NCBI GenBank assembly: GCA_963769025.1
Contig: CAVYKI010000010.1
Location: 256,001-320,000, forward strand
Origin: an uncultured Verrucomicrobiae bacterium
Lineage (GTDB): Bacteria > Verrucomicrobiota > Verrucomicrobiia > Chthoniobacterales > Chthoniobacteraceae
Direction: 5' to 3'
DNA: 64,000 bases
This document shows, piece after piece, positions 49,304 through 59,410 of the stretch. The stretch's first letter is position 1. The number at the start of each line of letters is the position of its first letter. The position numbers and the translations under genes are program-made. The notes beneath the pieces are model-generated. The model was not told the origin of the DNA. It did no database searches and saw nothing but the letters and a program-made list of their open reading frames with translations.

Positions 49304-49906
49304 TCAGGCCCGGCTGACCCGCGCGGCCCGCGAGCGCGGACGGCCGGCAAAGACCCTTGCGCGTTCACCGGCGCCGAGTTCGCGCCAGTGGCCGGGCGCG
49401 AGGCCGTTCAGTTCGAGTTCGCCGATCTGCACGCGGATGAGCCGCAGGGTCGGGTGGCCGATGGCGGCGGTCATCCGGCGGACCTGGTGGTTTTTTCCCT
49501 CGATGAGCGAGAGGGCGATCCAGCAGTCGGGGACATTTTTCCGGACGCGGATCGGAGGATCGCGCGGAATCACAAATGGCTGCGGATTGAGCATCCACGC
49601 GCGGCATGGCAGCGTGCGGTGGCCGCCGATGACGATGCCGCGTTGCATCTCATCGAGCGATTCGCGCGTCGGCACACGCTCGACCTGCGCCCAATACGTG
49701 CGGCTGTGCCCGTTCTCGGGCGCGAGGAGTTTCTTGTTCAGGAATGGCTCGTCGCTGAGCAGCAGCAGGCCCTCGCTCTCCGCGTCGAGACGGCCGAGCG
49801 GATATGCGTGCTTCGGAAAATGGAACTCCGCGAGCGTCCGGTGCTTCGAGCCGTCGTCCGTGAACTGGCTGAGCACTCCGAATGGTTTGTTGAATGCGAT
49901 GAGCAT
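49304..49906 (-). CDS. rluE: Pseudouridine synthase, RluE-like
   Basis: FNKPFGVLSQF, GRLDAESEGLLLL, PPIR.R, EGKNHQVRRMTAAIG.PTLRL. Confidence 0.85.
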   Translation of the reverse strand: MLIAFNKPFGVLSQFTDDGSKHRTLAEFHFPKHAYPLGRLDAESEGLLLLSDEPFLNKKLLAPENGHSRTYWAQVERVPTRESLDEMQRGIVIGGHRTLPCRAWMLNPQPFVIPRDPPIRVRKNVPDCWIALSLIEGKNHQVRRMTAAIGHPTLRLIRVQIGELELNGLAPGHWRELGAGERARVFAGRPRSRAARVSRA

Positions 49907-49932
49907 GGATCAGCGAGGATGATTCATCGGGA

Positions 49933-50101
49933 ATCCGCAGATGTCGCAGATTTTCGCAGGTGGGAAAAATAAAACTCCGGTTGCGATTTTTCCATTCATC
50001 GGACGACCGATAGCACGGGATCCGTCAGCACTTCGCGCACGTCGTGCCTACGCAGCTTTTTCCTGCCTCTTCATCTGCGCCAATCTGCGAAATCTGCGGA
50101 T
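49933..50101. repeat. 169-bp element with 30-bp terminal inverted repeats built of CGCAGAT units
   Basis: ATCCGCAGATGTCGCAGATTTTCGCAGGTG versus revcomp of 50072-50101 ATCCGCAGATTTCGCAGATTGGCGCAGATG (26/30). Confidence 0.8.
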
Positions 50102-50114
50102 CGATCTGCATCGC

Positions 50115-50870
50115 TCACGTGTCAAATTTCGCGCGCTGCTCGAGTCGCTGTGTCCAGAGCGAAATCGGCAGCGTGATGATGAGGTAGCCGACTGCGAGCG
50201 GCAGGTAGCTCTCGAATGGCGTGTGGGTGGTGGAGGTCACGTTGCTCGCGGCGTTGGCGAGTTCCTCGATGGCGATGATCGACAGCAGCGACGAGTCTTT
50301 CACGAGCGACACGAACTGCCCCGCAAGCGACGGGAGAATCTGCCGGATGGCCTGCGGGAAGATGACGTGGCGGTATGTCTGCCGCGTCGTAAGGCCGATG
50401 GCGCGCGCAGTTTCGAGCTGCGACTTGCCGATGCCCTCGATGCCGGCGCGAATGATTTCGCTGATGTACGCACCGGTGAACGCGGCGAGGATCAGCGGGC
50501 CGACGACGTAGCGGTTGCTCACGGCGAGCGCGTTCGCGAAGACGTAGAAGTAGAGCCAAATCTGGATCAGCAGCGGTGCGCCGCGGGTGAGTTCGACATA
50601 AATGCGGGAGAAGTATTGCAGCGGCAGAAATGCCGCGCGGCGAGCGAGCGCGAACAACAGCCCGAGCACGCAGCTCAGTGGGAGCGCGATCGCCGAGATG
50701 CCGAGCGTGGCGAGCCAGCCATCGACGAAGAGCCGGCGATATTCCCACGCGGGTTTCCAATTCCAGTGATACGGAAGCGCCAGCAGCGCGGCGACCACGA
50801 TGCCGATGACAAGCGCCAGCGCCAGCGCGAAGCTGAGCACGCGCGTGGCTGGATGACTGTCGTTCGGCAT
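50115..50870 (-). CDS. Polar amino acid ABC transporter permease
   Basis: YVELTRGAPLLIQ, AYISEIIRAGI, Q.E.ARAIG, PQAIR, VKDSSL. Confidence 0.92.
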   Translation of the reverse strand: MPNDSHPATRVLSFALALALVIGIVVAALLALPYHWNWKPAWEYRRLFVDGWLATLGISAIALPLSCVLGLLFALARRAAFLPLQYFSRIYVELTRGAPLLIQIWLYFYVFANALAVSNRYVVGPLILAAFTGAYISEIIRAGIEGIGKSQLETARAIGLTTRQTYRHVIFPQAIRQILPSLAGQFVSLVKDSSLLSIIAIEELANAASNVTSTTHTPFESYLPLAVGYLIITLPISLWTQRLEQRAKFDT

Positions 50871-50967
50871 CGCGCGGAGCTAACCGAATGACGGATGTTT
50901 GGCGAGGGCGTGCGCCGTTTGATTTTCACGCTCGCCGCCGCGCCGCGCGAATCAACACAGTGTCGCG

Positions 50968-52692
50968 ATGCGCACGGTTGCACGAGTCTTTGCCTATCTG
51001 CGCCGCCATCCCGGAATGGCGGCGGGCACGATGCTGTGCGCGATTGTCTCGACGCTGATGGTGACGGTGTTTCCGAAGGTCACACAGCTCGTGGTGAACG
51101 ACATCCGTGACGGGCGCGGCGACCGGCTGTGGTGGCTCGTGGGCATCGGGGCGGCGGCATTTTTCGTGCGGGACGCATTCAATGCGCTGCGGATCATCCT
51201 GAACAACACCTTCGAGCAGCGCGTGATTTTCGACCTGCGCAGCGATCTCTACGGACACATCCAGCACCTGCCGTTGCGGTGGTTCGATGATCGCGCGACC
51301 GGCGACATCATGACCCGGCTGCTCGAGGATGTGACTGCGGTCGAGCGGATGCTCATCGACGGGATCGAGCAGGGCGCGGTCGCGGTGCTGCAAATCATCG
51401 TCGTGGGCGCGATGCTTTTCCAATATCACCCGAAGCTCGCGTGGCTCGCGCTGATCCCGATCCCGTTTCTCGCCGCGGGCGCGCTCGCGTACACGCTCAC
51501 CGCGCCGAAGCGCTACCGCGCGCAGCGCAAGGCGGCTTCCGCGATGAACGCGCTGCTGCACGACAACCTCGCGGGCATCCGGCAGATCAAGACGTTCGTG
51601 CGGGAGGAGGAGGAGCACGCGCGTTTCAACGACGTGAGCGGCAAGTCGCGCGACGCCTCGCTGCGCATCATGCACGTGTGGGCGCTCTACAGTCCGTCGA
51701 TGACGTTTCCTCGGCCGCGGTCGGCTCGGTGCTCGTGCTCGGATTCGGCGGGCAGGAGGTGATCGCCGGGCGGCTCGGCTTCGGGGAATTCACGGCGTTC
51801 CTGCTGCTCGTCGGATTTCTCTACGACCCGATCGGGAAGCTGCATTCGCTGAATCAGCTCGTGCAGTCGGGCCGCGCCGCGGGCGAACGCATCCTGGAAA
51901 TCCTCGACGAAAAGCCGGAGCCCGACGAGGCGGAGCATGCGCCTGCGGTCAGCGTGCGTGGCGACGTGGAATTCGAGGACGTGAGCTTTTCCTACACCGA
52001 GGATTTGCCGACGCTGCGGCACATTTCGCTCCGCGCGAGACGCGGCGAGACGGTGGCGCTGGTGGGGCCGACGGGCGCGGGCAAGAGCACTCTCGTGAAT
52101 CTCATCACGCGATTTTACGAGTACGACGACGGGGAGATCCGCATCGACGGCACGCCGCTGCCGGATCTGCCGCGCGCGCGTGCTGCGCAGCGCGGTGGGC
52201 ATGGTCACGCAGGAGAGTTTTCTTTTTAACGGCACGGTGCGGGACAACCTGCGGCTCGGGCGCACCGCTGCGACCGACGAGGAAATGTGGCAGGCGCTCA
52301 CGGATGCGAACGCCAGGGCGTTCGTCGAGCGCATGCCGGAAGGGCTGGGCACCATCGTCGGCGAGCGCGGCGTGAAGCTGAGCGTCGGCGAAAAGCAGCG
52401 CGTCTCCATCGCGCGCGCGCTGCTGAAGGATCCGCCGATCCTCGTGCTCGACGAGGCGACCTCCAGCGTGGACACGGAGACCGAACGGCTCATCCAGCAG
52501 GCACTCGACCGGCTGATGCAGCGGCGGACGTGCTTCGTCATCGCCCACCGGCTATCCACGGTGCGGCATGCACATCAAATCCTCGTGATGGAACGGGGCC
52601 GCATCGTGGAGCGCGGGACACACGACGATTTGCTTGCGATGGGCGGGGTCTATGCGCGCCTCTGCGCGAGCAGCTTTCTCGCGGCGAAGTAA
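50968..52692 (+). CDS. ABC exporter, fused permease/ATPase (MsbA-like; apparent frameshifts at ~51710 and ~52175)
   Basis: TM domain, GPTGAGKST, LSVGEKQR, LDEATS, IAHRLST. Confidence 0.9.
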
Positions 52693-52776
52693 GGCTTCAT
52701 CCCGACCCGGGTCGGGATCCCGGGCGGCGGGGTTTGATACGCATTTGTAAAAAGTGGGCCATTCCCTCTTATTTTG

Positions 52777-52819
52777 TTGACGCATGGGACGAAATGGTAG
52801 GAAAAGGGAGCCTCTGGGA
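52777..52819 (+). promoter_or_regulatory. Putative dcw promoter region with MraZ-box array
   Basis: TTGACG at 52777, then TGGG/TGGT/AGGG/TGGG at 52785, 52795, 52805 and 52815 (exact 10-bp period), upstream of mraZ. Confidence 0.65.
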
Positions 52820-52854
52820 AAAGCCTTAAGCCGATTCCCGAACCACCCACTGTA

Positions 52855-53337
52855 ATGGCCGAAGCCGAATCACGCCTGCCGATGTTCACGGATGAACTCG
52901 AGCGCCAGCTCGATTCGGGCCTTCGTGTCATGCTCCCGAAGGACTGGCGGAGTCTGAACATCACGGACTTTGTCCTGATCTCAGACTCCTCCAGTTCCTT
53001 CATCAAGGTCCTGCCGCAGTCGGAATACGACAGGTTCGTCGCGAAGATCGAATCCGACACCACGCTCGATGAGCTCACACGAAACGAGCATCTCGAGGAA
53101 ATCGGATCGACCTGCAAAAAGGTGCAGCTCGACAACGCGGGGCGCATGGCGCTTCCCGCCAACATGTGCGCGGAGATCGGCATCGGAGAAAAGAATCCGA
53201 CGGTCATTTTGAAGGGTGCCGTGCGCACGTTCAACATCTGGAATCCCGCCCGGCTGAAGAAGAAGCTGGATGCAAAACAGCAGCTCGCCAACTCGGGTCA
53301 TATCGCGATGAGCGCCAAGAAATTCCTCGGGGTATGA
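52855..53337 (+). CDS. mraZ: Transcriptional regulator MraZ
   Basis: LDSGLRVMLP and LDNAGRMALP repeats, IWNP. First gene of the dcw cluster. Confidence 0.85.
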   Translation: MAEAESRLPMFTDELERQLDSGLRVMLPKDWRSLNITDFVLISDSSSSFIKVLPQSEYDRFVAKIESDTTLDELTRNEHLEEIGSTCKKVQLDNAGRMALPANMCAEIGIGEKNPTVILKGAVRTFNIWNPARLKKKLDAKQQLANSGHIAMSAKKFLGV

Positions 53338-54335
53338 TCGACTACCAGCTTTCCGCAGAAACCGCATTTGAACCGGAGGAGTTTTTCATGTCCGCCGACC
53401 CACGTTCGCCCGGTTACCACGAACCCGTCCTGCTGCGGGAAGCCATCGATCTCCTGCAGCCATCTCCCGGGAAGGTGTTTTTTGAAGGGACGATGGGCGG
53501 CGGCGGCCACACCCGCGCGCTGCTGGAGGCCGGCGCGACGGTCATCGCGACGGATCAGGATCCGGAGGCAATCGCAAACGCGAGCGCCGAACTCACCGGC
53601 CACGGTGATCGCCTCATCATGCGGCGTGCGAATTTTTCCGATGTCAGCCGCATTCTCGCGGAATTGGGCGTCACCCAACTCCACGGCGCGCTGTTCGATC
53701 TGGGCGTCAGTTCGCACCAGTTCGATACGCCCGAACGCGGTTTCTCGTTGCAATACGACGGCGCACTCGACATGCGGATGTCCCCCGACTCGCCGCAAAG
53801 CGCCGCGGATCTCGTGAACACCGCCAGCGAGGACGAACTCTCGCGCATCTTCCGCGACCTCGGCGAGGAACCGGCGGCACGGCGGATCGCGTCGCGCATC
53901 GTCCGCGAGCGCACGCAGGCACCCATCACCCACACGCTGCAACTCGCCGATCTCGTGGCCGGCGTGATTCCTCGCAAAGGCCGCACGCATCCGGCCACGC
54001 GCGTCTTCATGGCGCTGCGCATGGCGGTGAACCGCGAACTCGAAGTGCTCACGTCCGTGCTGGGAGAGGTCACCAGGCACCTCGCGCCCGGCGGCCGGCT
54101 GGCAGTCATCAGCTTCCACAGCGGCGAAGATCGCATCGTGAAGACCTTCATGAAGGAGCGTGCCACCGAGTGGCACGACCGGCCCGAGTGGCCCGCGCCG
54201 CGCCGCAACCCCGATCACATCTTCCGTCTGCTCACCACCCGCCCGCTCGTCGCCAGTGTCGCCGAGCAAAAAGCGAACCCGAGGGCGAGGTCGGCCAAAC
54301 TCAGGGTTGCCGAACGCCTGCCCCATGCCCGCTAA
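53334..54335 (+). CDS. rsmH: 16S rRNA m4C1402 methyltransferase
   Basis: HEPVLL, GGGGH, DLGVSS, LDMRM, ISFHSGEDR, NPRARSAKLR. Confidence 0.95.
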   Translation: MIDYQLSAETAFEPEEFFMSADPRSPGYHEPVLLREAIDLLQPSPGKVFFEGTMGGGGHTRALLEAGATVIATDQDPEAIANASAELTGHGDRLIMRRANFSDVSRILAELGVTQLHGALFDLGVSSHQFDTPERGFSLQYDGALDMRMSPDSPQSAADLVNTASEDELSRIFRDLGEEPAARRIASRIVRERTQAPITHTLQLADLVAGVIPRKGRTHPATRVFMALRMAVNRELEVLTSVLGEVTRHLAPGGRLAVISFHSGEDRIVKTFMKERATEWHDRPEWPAPRRNPDHIFRLLTTRPLVASVAEQKANPRARSAKLRVAERLPHAR

Positions 54336-54687
54336 CCAACGCCGCTACGCCCAAACCGTCCCGCTTGCTTACATCTGCATCGGGCTCGCCATCCTCATCT
54401 GTGCGGGGACCTTTGGGATCAAGGTCCTGATGCTCAAGCAGCAGCTCAAGCAGGGTGCCGAGCGCATGGCCCGGCTCCGAAAGGATCTCAACGAGGTCAA
54501 CACGAGCAACGAGGCGCTGCGCACGCGCAAAAACCAGCTCACTTCGCTCCCGGCCCTGAAAAAGGCGATCGCCGACGGGGTCATCAAGCTCAAGCCCATC
54601 GAGGAATCCTTCGTCGTGAATGTCCCGGCGGCACCGCGCACCGTGGCGGTGTCTTCCCTGCTGCTGGACGCGGAGGAGGGACGTTGA
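54325..54687 (+). CDS. ftsL: FtsL-like cell division protein
   Basis: Single TM plus coiled coil, positioned between rsmH and the PBP gene. Confidence 0.65.
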   Translation: MPANQRRYAQTVPLAYICIGLAILICAGTFGIKVLMLKQQLKQGAERMARLRKDLNEVNTSNEALRTRKNQLTSLPALKKAIADGVIKLKPIEESFVVNVPAAPRTVAVSSLLLDAEEGR

Positions 54688-54688
54688 G

Positions 54689-56470
54689 ATGTCCCTCAAG
54701 TCGCGCGCATGCCTGGCCTGCTACGGCCTTGGCGCCCTTTTCACGGCACTGTCCGCGCGGCTGATCTACCTCGCAGTCAATCGGCATGACCACTACGTCG
54801 CCATCGCGAGGAGCACGTACGTCGGAAAGACGACCATCCCGGCAAAGCGCGGCAGCATTCTCGACTCGGAGGGCACTTTCCTCGCGCGCAACGAGCCTCT
54901 GAAAAACGTCATCCTCGACGGCACCCTCATCAAGAGTCCGCAGAAGGTCGCGGACCTCATCGCCGGGCCGCTCCAGATGAAGCCGGAGGACGTGCTCAGG
55001 CGCATCAGCCCGGACAAGCGCTACGTCGTCCTCAAAAAGAAAATCTCCGAGGAACTCGCGGCGGACCTCGACCGGAAAGTGCAGAAGGCCGGCATCAAGG
55101 GCCTCACGTTCGAGCAGAACTTCGAGCGCATCTATCCCGCGCACCAGACGCTCTGCCATGTCCTCGGATTTTTCGGTTACGAGGACAGCAACGCAGCCAA
55201 CCCCACGGGAGGATTCCGCGGCATCGAAGGCGTCGAGCGCTCGATGGAAAACTGGCTCGGCGGACAGGACGGCTGGCGGTTTTTTGAAAAGGACGGGCGC
55301 GGCAAGGAGCTGATGAACTACACCGGCGAGGAGCGCGCGCCCCGCAACGGCGCGGATGTGCGGCTCACGGTGAACCTCAATCTCCAGCAAATCGTCGAGA
55401 GCGAACTCGAGGCCGCCTGCAAGCGGCTGCGGCCGCTGAAAGCCAGCGTCATCATGATGAGGCCCGACACGGGCGAAATCCTCGCGCTCGCCAACCGGCC
55501 GACCTTTGACCCGAACGAACCCGGAAAGGCCAAGCCCGAGCACCGCTTCAACAACGCGGTCGCCGGAATCTACGAACCGGGATCGACGTTCAAGGCGGTC
55601 ACCTGCGCGGGAGCGCTCAACTACCAGCTCGTAACGCCGAAGACCGAGCTCTGGTGCGAAAACGGCAACTGGATTTACGGCGGAAAGCCGCTGCGCGACC
55701 ATCACCCGTACGGCATGCTCAGCGTTTCGCAGATCATCGAGCACTCCTCGAACATCGGCGCCGCGAAGCTCGCGGTGCAGATCGGCGAGGAGCGCTTCTA
55801 CAATTGGATCCGCGCGTTTGGCTTCGGCCAGCAGACCGGCATCGCGTTGCCGGGCGAAGTCCGCGGCATCCTCCACCCTCGAAGCAAGTGGACGGGCATC
55901 TCCATCACGCGCATCGCGATGGGCCACGAAGTCAGCGCCACCCCGCTGCAGGTCGTCACCGCGACCTCCGCGATCGCCAATGGCGGAAGGCTCCTCATGC
56001 CGCAGCTCATCCACGACATCCGCGACGACTCCGGCACCGTGCTCGTCGAATACGGGCCTCAGGAAATCCGCCGCGTCATCTCCGAGGCCACCGCGAGCAA
56101 GGTGACCGACGCCCTCGTCAAGGTGACCGGCAAGAAAGGCACCGCGAAGCTCGCCCACATCCCCGGCTTCAACGTCGCGGGCAAGACCGGCACCGCGCAA
56201 AAAATCGAGGACGGACGCTATTCGCACGACCACCACATCACGTCATTCGTGGGCTACGTTCCCGCGGAAAATCCGGCGTTCTGCATGCTCGTGGTCTTCG
56301 ACCAGGCGCAGGTGAAGCCCAATGAGGACGTCGGCGGCCTTGTGGCGGCGCCGGTCTTTCGCGCGATCGCGGAGCGCACGCTCGCACACCTTGGCATCCA
56401 GCCGGACCCGGTACTCTTGCAGCAGCAAAAGGAACAAAATCTCCTCCTCGTCAAAACCGGGAAGAATTGA
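54689..56470 (+). CDS. ftsI: Class B penicillin-binding protein FtsI
   Basis: RGSILD, EPGSTFK (SxxK), SSN, KTGTAQ. Confidence 0.92.
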   Translation: MSLKSRACLACYGLGALFTALSARLIYLAVNRHDHYVAIARSTYVGKTTIPAKRGSILDSEGTFLARNEPLKNVILDGTLIKSPQKVADLIAGPLQMKPEDVLRRISPDKRYVVLKKKISEELAADLDRKVQKAGIKGLTFEQNFERIYPAHQTLCHVLGFFGYEDSNAANPTGGFRGIEGVERSMENWLGGQDGWRFFEKDGRGKELMNYTGEERAPRNGADVRLTVNLNLQQIVESELEAACKRLRPLKASVIMMRPDTGEILALANRPTFDPNEPGKAKPEHRFNNAVAGIYEPGSTFKAVTCAGALNYQLVTPKTELWCENGNWIYGGKPLRDHHPYGMLSVSQIIEHSSNIGAAKLAVQIGEERFYNWIRAFGFGQQTGIALPGEVRGILHPRSKWTGISITRIAMGHEVSATPLQVVTATSAIANGGRLLMPQLIHDIRDDSGTVLVEYGPQEIRRVISEATASKVTDALVKVTGKKGTAKLAHIPGFNVAGKTGTAQKIEDGRYSHDHHITSFVGYVPAENPAFCMLVVFDQAQVKPNEDVGGLVAAPVFRAIAERTLAHLGIQPDPVLLQQQKEQNLLLVKTGKN

Positions 56471-56473
56471 GCG

Positions 56474-58037
56474 ATGAACCTCCAACTGCTCACGAAAGCA
56501 ATCCGGCCGGTGAACGTGACCGGCGCACTCGACCGCGACATCACTGCGATCTGCTACGACTCGCGCCGCGTCGTCGAGGGCGCGCTCTTCGTCGCGCTCC
56601 CCGGGGAGAAGGCGGACGGCACGCAGTTCATCGACGCCGCCATTGATCGCGGTGCCGCTGCCATCGTCAGCGAGAAGCCCGGCCTGACCACGCGGGCGAC
56701 CAGCCTGCAGGTCGAGAATGCCCGGCACGCGCTCGCCGATCTTTCCGCCGCCTTTTTCCGCCATCCCTCGCATCGCCTGAAGATCGCGGGCGTGACCGGA
56801 ACCAACGGGAAGACGACCACGACCTTCCTCATCAAGCACATCCTGGACTCGGACTTTCTGCGCTGCGGCCTGATCGGCACCGTGCGCTACGTCGTCGGCG
56901 AGCGCGAACTGCCCGCGGACAGGACGACACCGGAATCCGCCGACGTGCACGAGCTGCTCTGGCAGATGCGTTCCGCGGGTTGCAAGAGCTGCGCAATGGA
57001 AGTCAGCTCGCACGCGCTCGCGCTCGACCGCGTGCGCGGGGTGGAATTCGACGCCGCCGTATTCACAAATCTTTCTCAAGATCACCTCGATTTCCATCGC
57101 ACGATGGACGCCTACTTCGAGGCGAAGAGCAGCCTCTTCTCCGGCGTCCGCGGACCAGACGAAGAAGAAGGGCCGTGGAGTCGTGAACATCGACGATCGC
57201 CACGGCGCGAAGCTCGCGGATCGGTTCGGCCGCGGCGAAATGGAGGTGATCACCTACGGCATGGGCCGGAGCGCGCAATTCCGCGCGAGCGATGTGCGGA
57301 TGGATTTCGGCGGCACGACCTACCAGCTCGAGGCGGTCGGCAAGAGCTACCTCGTCCGCATGCCGCTCATCGGCGGGTTCAACGTTTACAACTCGCTCGC
57401 CGCCATCGCCACCGCGCACGCCCTCGGCGTGAACGTCCGCCATGCCGTGCAGGCGCTCGCAGCCGCGCCAGCCGTCCCCGGACGCCTGCAAGCCATCCCG
57501 GCCCAGAAGCCGTTCCGCGTCTTCGTGGACTACGCACACTCCGACGACGCGCTGACGAACGTCCTCAAAACGTTGCGCGAGCTGAACCCGGCGCGGCTCA
57601 TCGCCGTCTTCGGCTGCGGAGGAAACCGTGACCGCGCCAAGCGCCCGAAGATGGCCGCCGCCGTGGACGCCATCGCCGATCACGCCATCGTGACGAGCGA
57701 CAACCCTCGCAAGGAGGATCCGCTCGCGATCATCGAGGACATCAAGCCCGGCTTCCGCCGCCTTGTGCCGGAGATCGTGCCGGATCGCAGGGAAGCGATC
57801 TTTCACGCCATCGCAATGGCGCAGCCGCGCGACATCATCCTCCTCGCAGGCAAGGGCCACGAGTCCTACCAGGAATTTGCGGACCACACGCTGCCGTTTG
57901 ACGACGCCGCGATCGCCGCCAGCGCCCTCGGCTCGCGGGTGGAATTTGAACGCCCGACGCCGCGCCCGCGCGAGCAATCGGATGAACGCCCGCGCGACCA
58001 AAGGGAGCCGCGGCAGCGCAGGGAGGATCGCGACTGA
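56474..58037 (+). CDS. murE: UDP-MurNAc-tripeptide synthetase, DAP-type (one apparent frameshift at ~57148)
   Basis: GTNGKTT, MEVSSH, DHLDFH, DYAH, DNPR (meso-DAP specificity motif), GKGHE. Confidence 0.93.
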
Positions 58038-59410
58038 TGGACGCGACGCCACTTTCCCAAATCGCAGCGTGGTCCCGGGGCCGGCTGGCCGGCGGCAACC
58101 CCGCCGCCACGGTCACGGCGATCTCCTCGGATTCACGCGCGCTGAAACCCGGCGACCTTTTCATCGCGATCCGCGGGGAGAAATTCGACGGCCACGATTT
58201 TCTCGCCGAGGCCGCGCGGCTCGGAGCCATCGGCGCCATCGTGGAAAAGGAAACGCCCGGCCTGCCCGACACCTTTGCGCTGATCGTCGTCGCCGATGCG
58301 GTGCTCGGCCTCCAATTGCTCGCGACGGCCTACCGCGCCACGCTGCGGCTCACCTCCCTTTGCATCACGGGCAGCAACGGAAAAACTTCCACCAAGGATC
58401 TCTGCGCCGCCGTCCTCGCGCAGCGCTTCAACGTCACGCGCACCGTGGGGAATCTGAACAACCACCTCGGCGTTCCGTTTTCGATCCTCCGGGCTGACAG
58501 CAGCCACGACGTCGGCGTGTTCGAGATCGGGATGAATCACGCCGGCGAAATCGCGCCGCTCGCGGCGATTGCGCGGCCGGACATCGCCATCATCACGAAT
58601 GTCGGCGTCGCGCACATTGAGTATCTCGGGACGCGCGAGGCGATCGCGCAGGAAAAAGGGACGCTCGCGGAGGCCGTCGGCGAGGTCGGGACCGTCATCC
58701 TCAACGCCGACGACGTATTCACACCTTCCATCGCGAAACGTACGCGCGCGCGCGTGATGACCGCAGGCCTGCAGGACGGCGACGTGCGCGCGACCGATTT
58801 GGAACAGCTTTCGACGGGCATCAAGTTCCGCCTCCACGCCACTGGGCAGTGTATGGAGGCGGAACTGCCCGTCCCCGGCGAGCACATGGTGCGCAACGCA
58901 CTCCTCGCCTGCGCGGCGGGAATCGCGCTCGGACTTTCGCTCGAAGAATGCGCCGCCGGGCTGCGCGCTCTGGATCTCACCGCCGGACGCCTCACGCAGA
59001 AGACATTCGGCGGCATCCGCATCCTCGACGACACGTACAACGCAAATCCCGACAGCATGAGCGCCGCGCTCGTGACGCTCGCGCGCATGCCCGTCACGGG
59101 CCGCCGCATCGCGGTGCTCGGCGGGATGGGTGAACTGGGCAAGGAAAGCCAGCGCGGCCACCGCAGCGTCGGCGAGGTCGCTGGCCGCGAGAAAATCGGC
59201 TGCGTCATCACCGTCGGCGAAGCGGCCCGCTGGATCGCCGATGCCGCCGAGATTTCCGGAGTTGGCAGCGTCATCCGCACCGCGGACGCCGACGAAGCGG
59301 CGCGCACACTCCGCGGCATCGCGCAGCCGGGCGACACGGTGCTGGTGAAGGCCAGTCGCTCCGCGCGCCTCGAGCGCATCGTGCAGGCAATGGAAGGAGG
59401 GAGTTGCTGA
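58037..59410 (+). CDS. murF: UDP-MurNAc-pentapeptide synthetase
   Basis: GSNGKTSTK, NLNNHLGVP, DDTYNANPDS, KASR. Confidence 0.95.
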   Translation: MDATPLSQIAAWSRGRLAGGNPAATVTAISSDSRALKPGDLFIAIRGEKFDGHDFLAEAARLGAIGAIVEKETPGLPDTFALIVVADAVLGLQLLATAYRATLRLTSLCITGSNGKTSTKDLCAAVLAQRFNVTRTVGNLNNHLGVPFSILRADSSHDVGVFEIGMNHAGEIAPLAAIARPDIAIITNVGVAHIEYLGTREAIAQEKGTLAEAVGEVGTVILNADDVFTPSIAKRTRARVMTAGLQDGDVRATDLEQLSTGIKFRLHATGQCMEAELPVPGEHMVRNALLACAAGIALGLSLEECAAGLRALDLTAGRLTQKTFGGIRILDDTYNANPDSMSAALVTLARMPVTGRRIAVLGGMGELGKESQRGHRSVGEVAGREKIGCVITVGEAARWIADAAEISGVGSVIRTADADEAARTLRGIAQPGDTVLVKASRSARLERIVQAMEGGSC

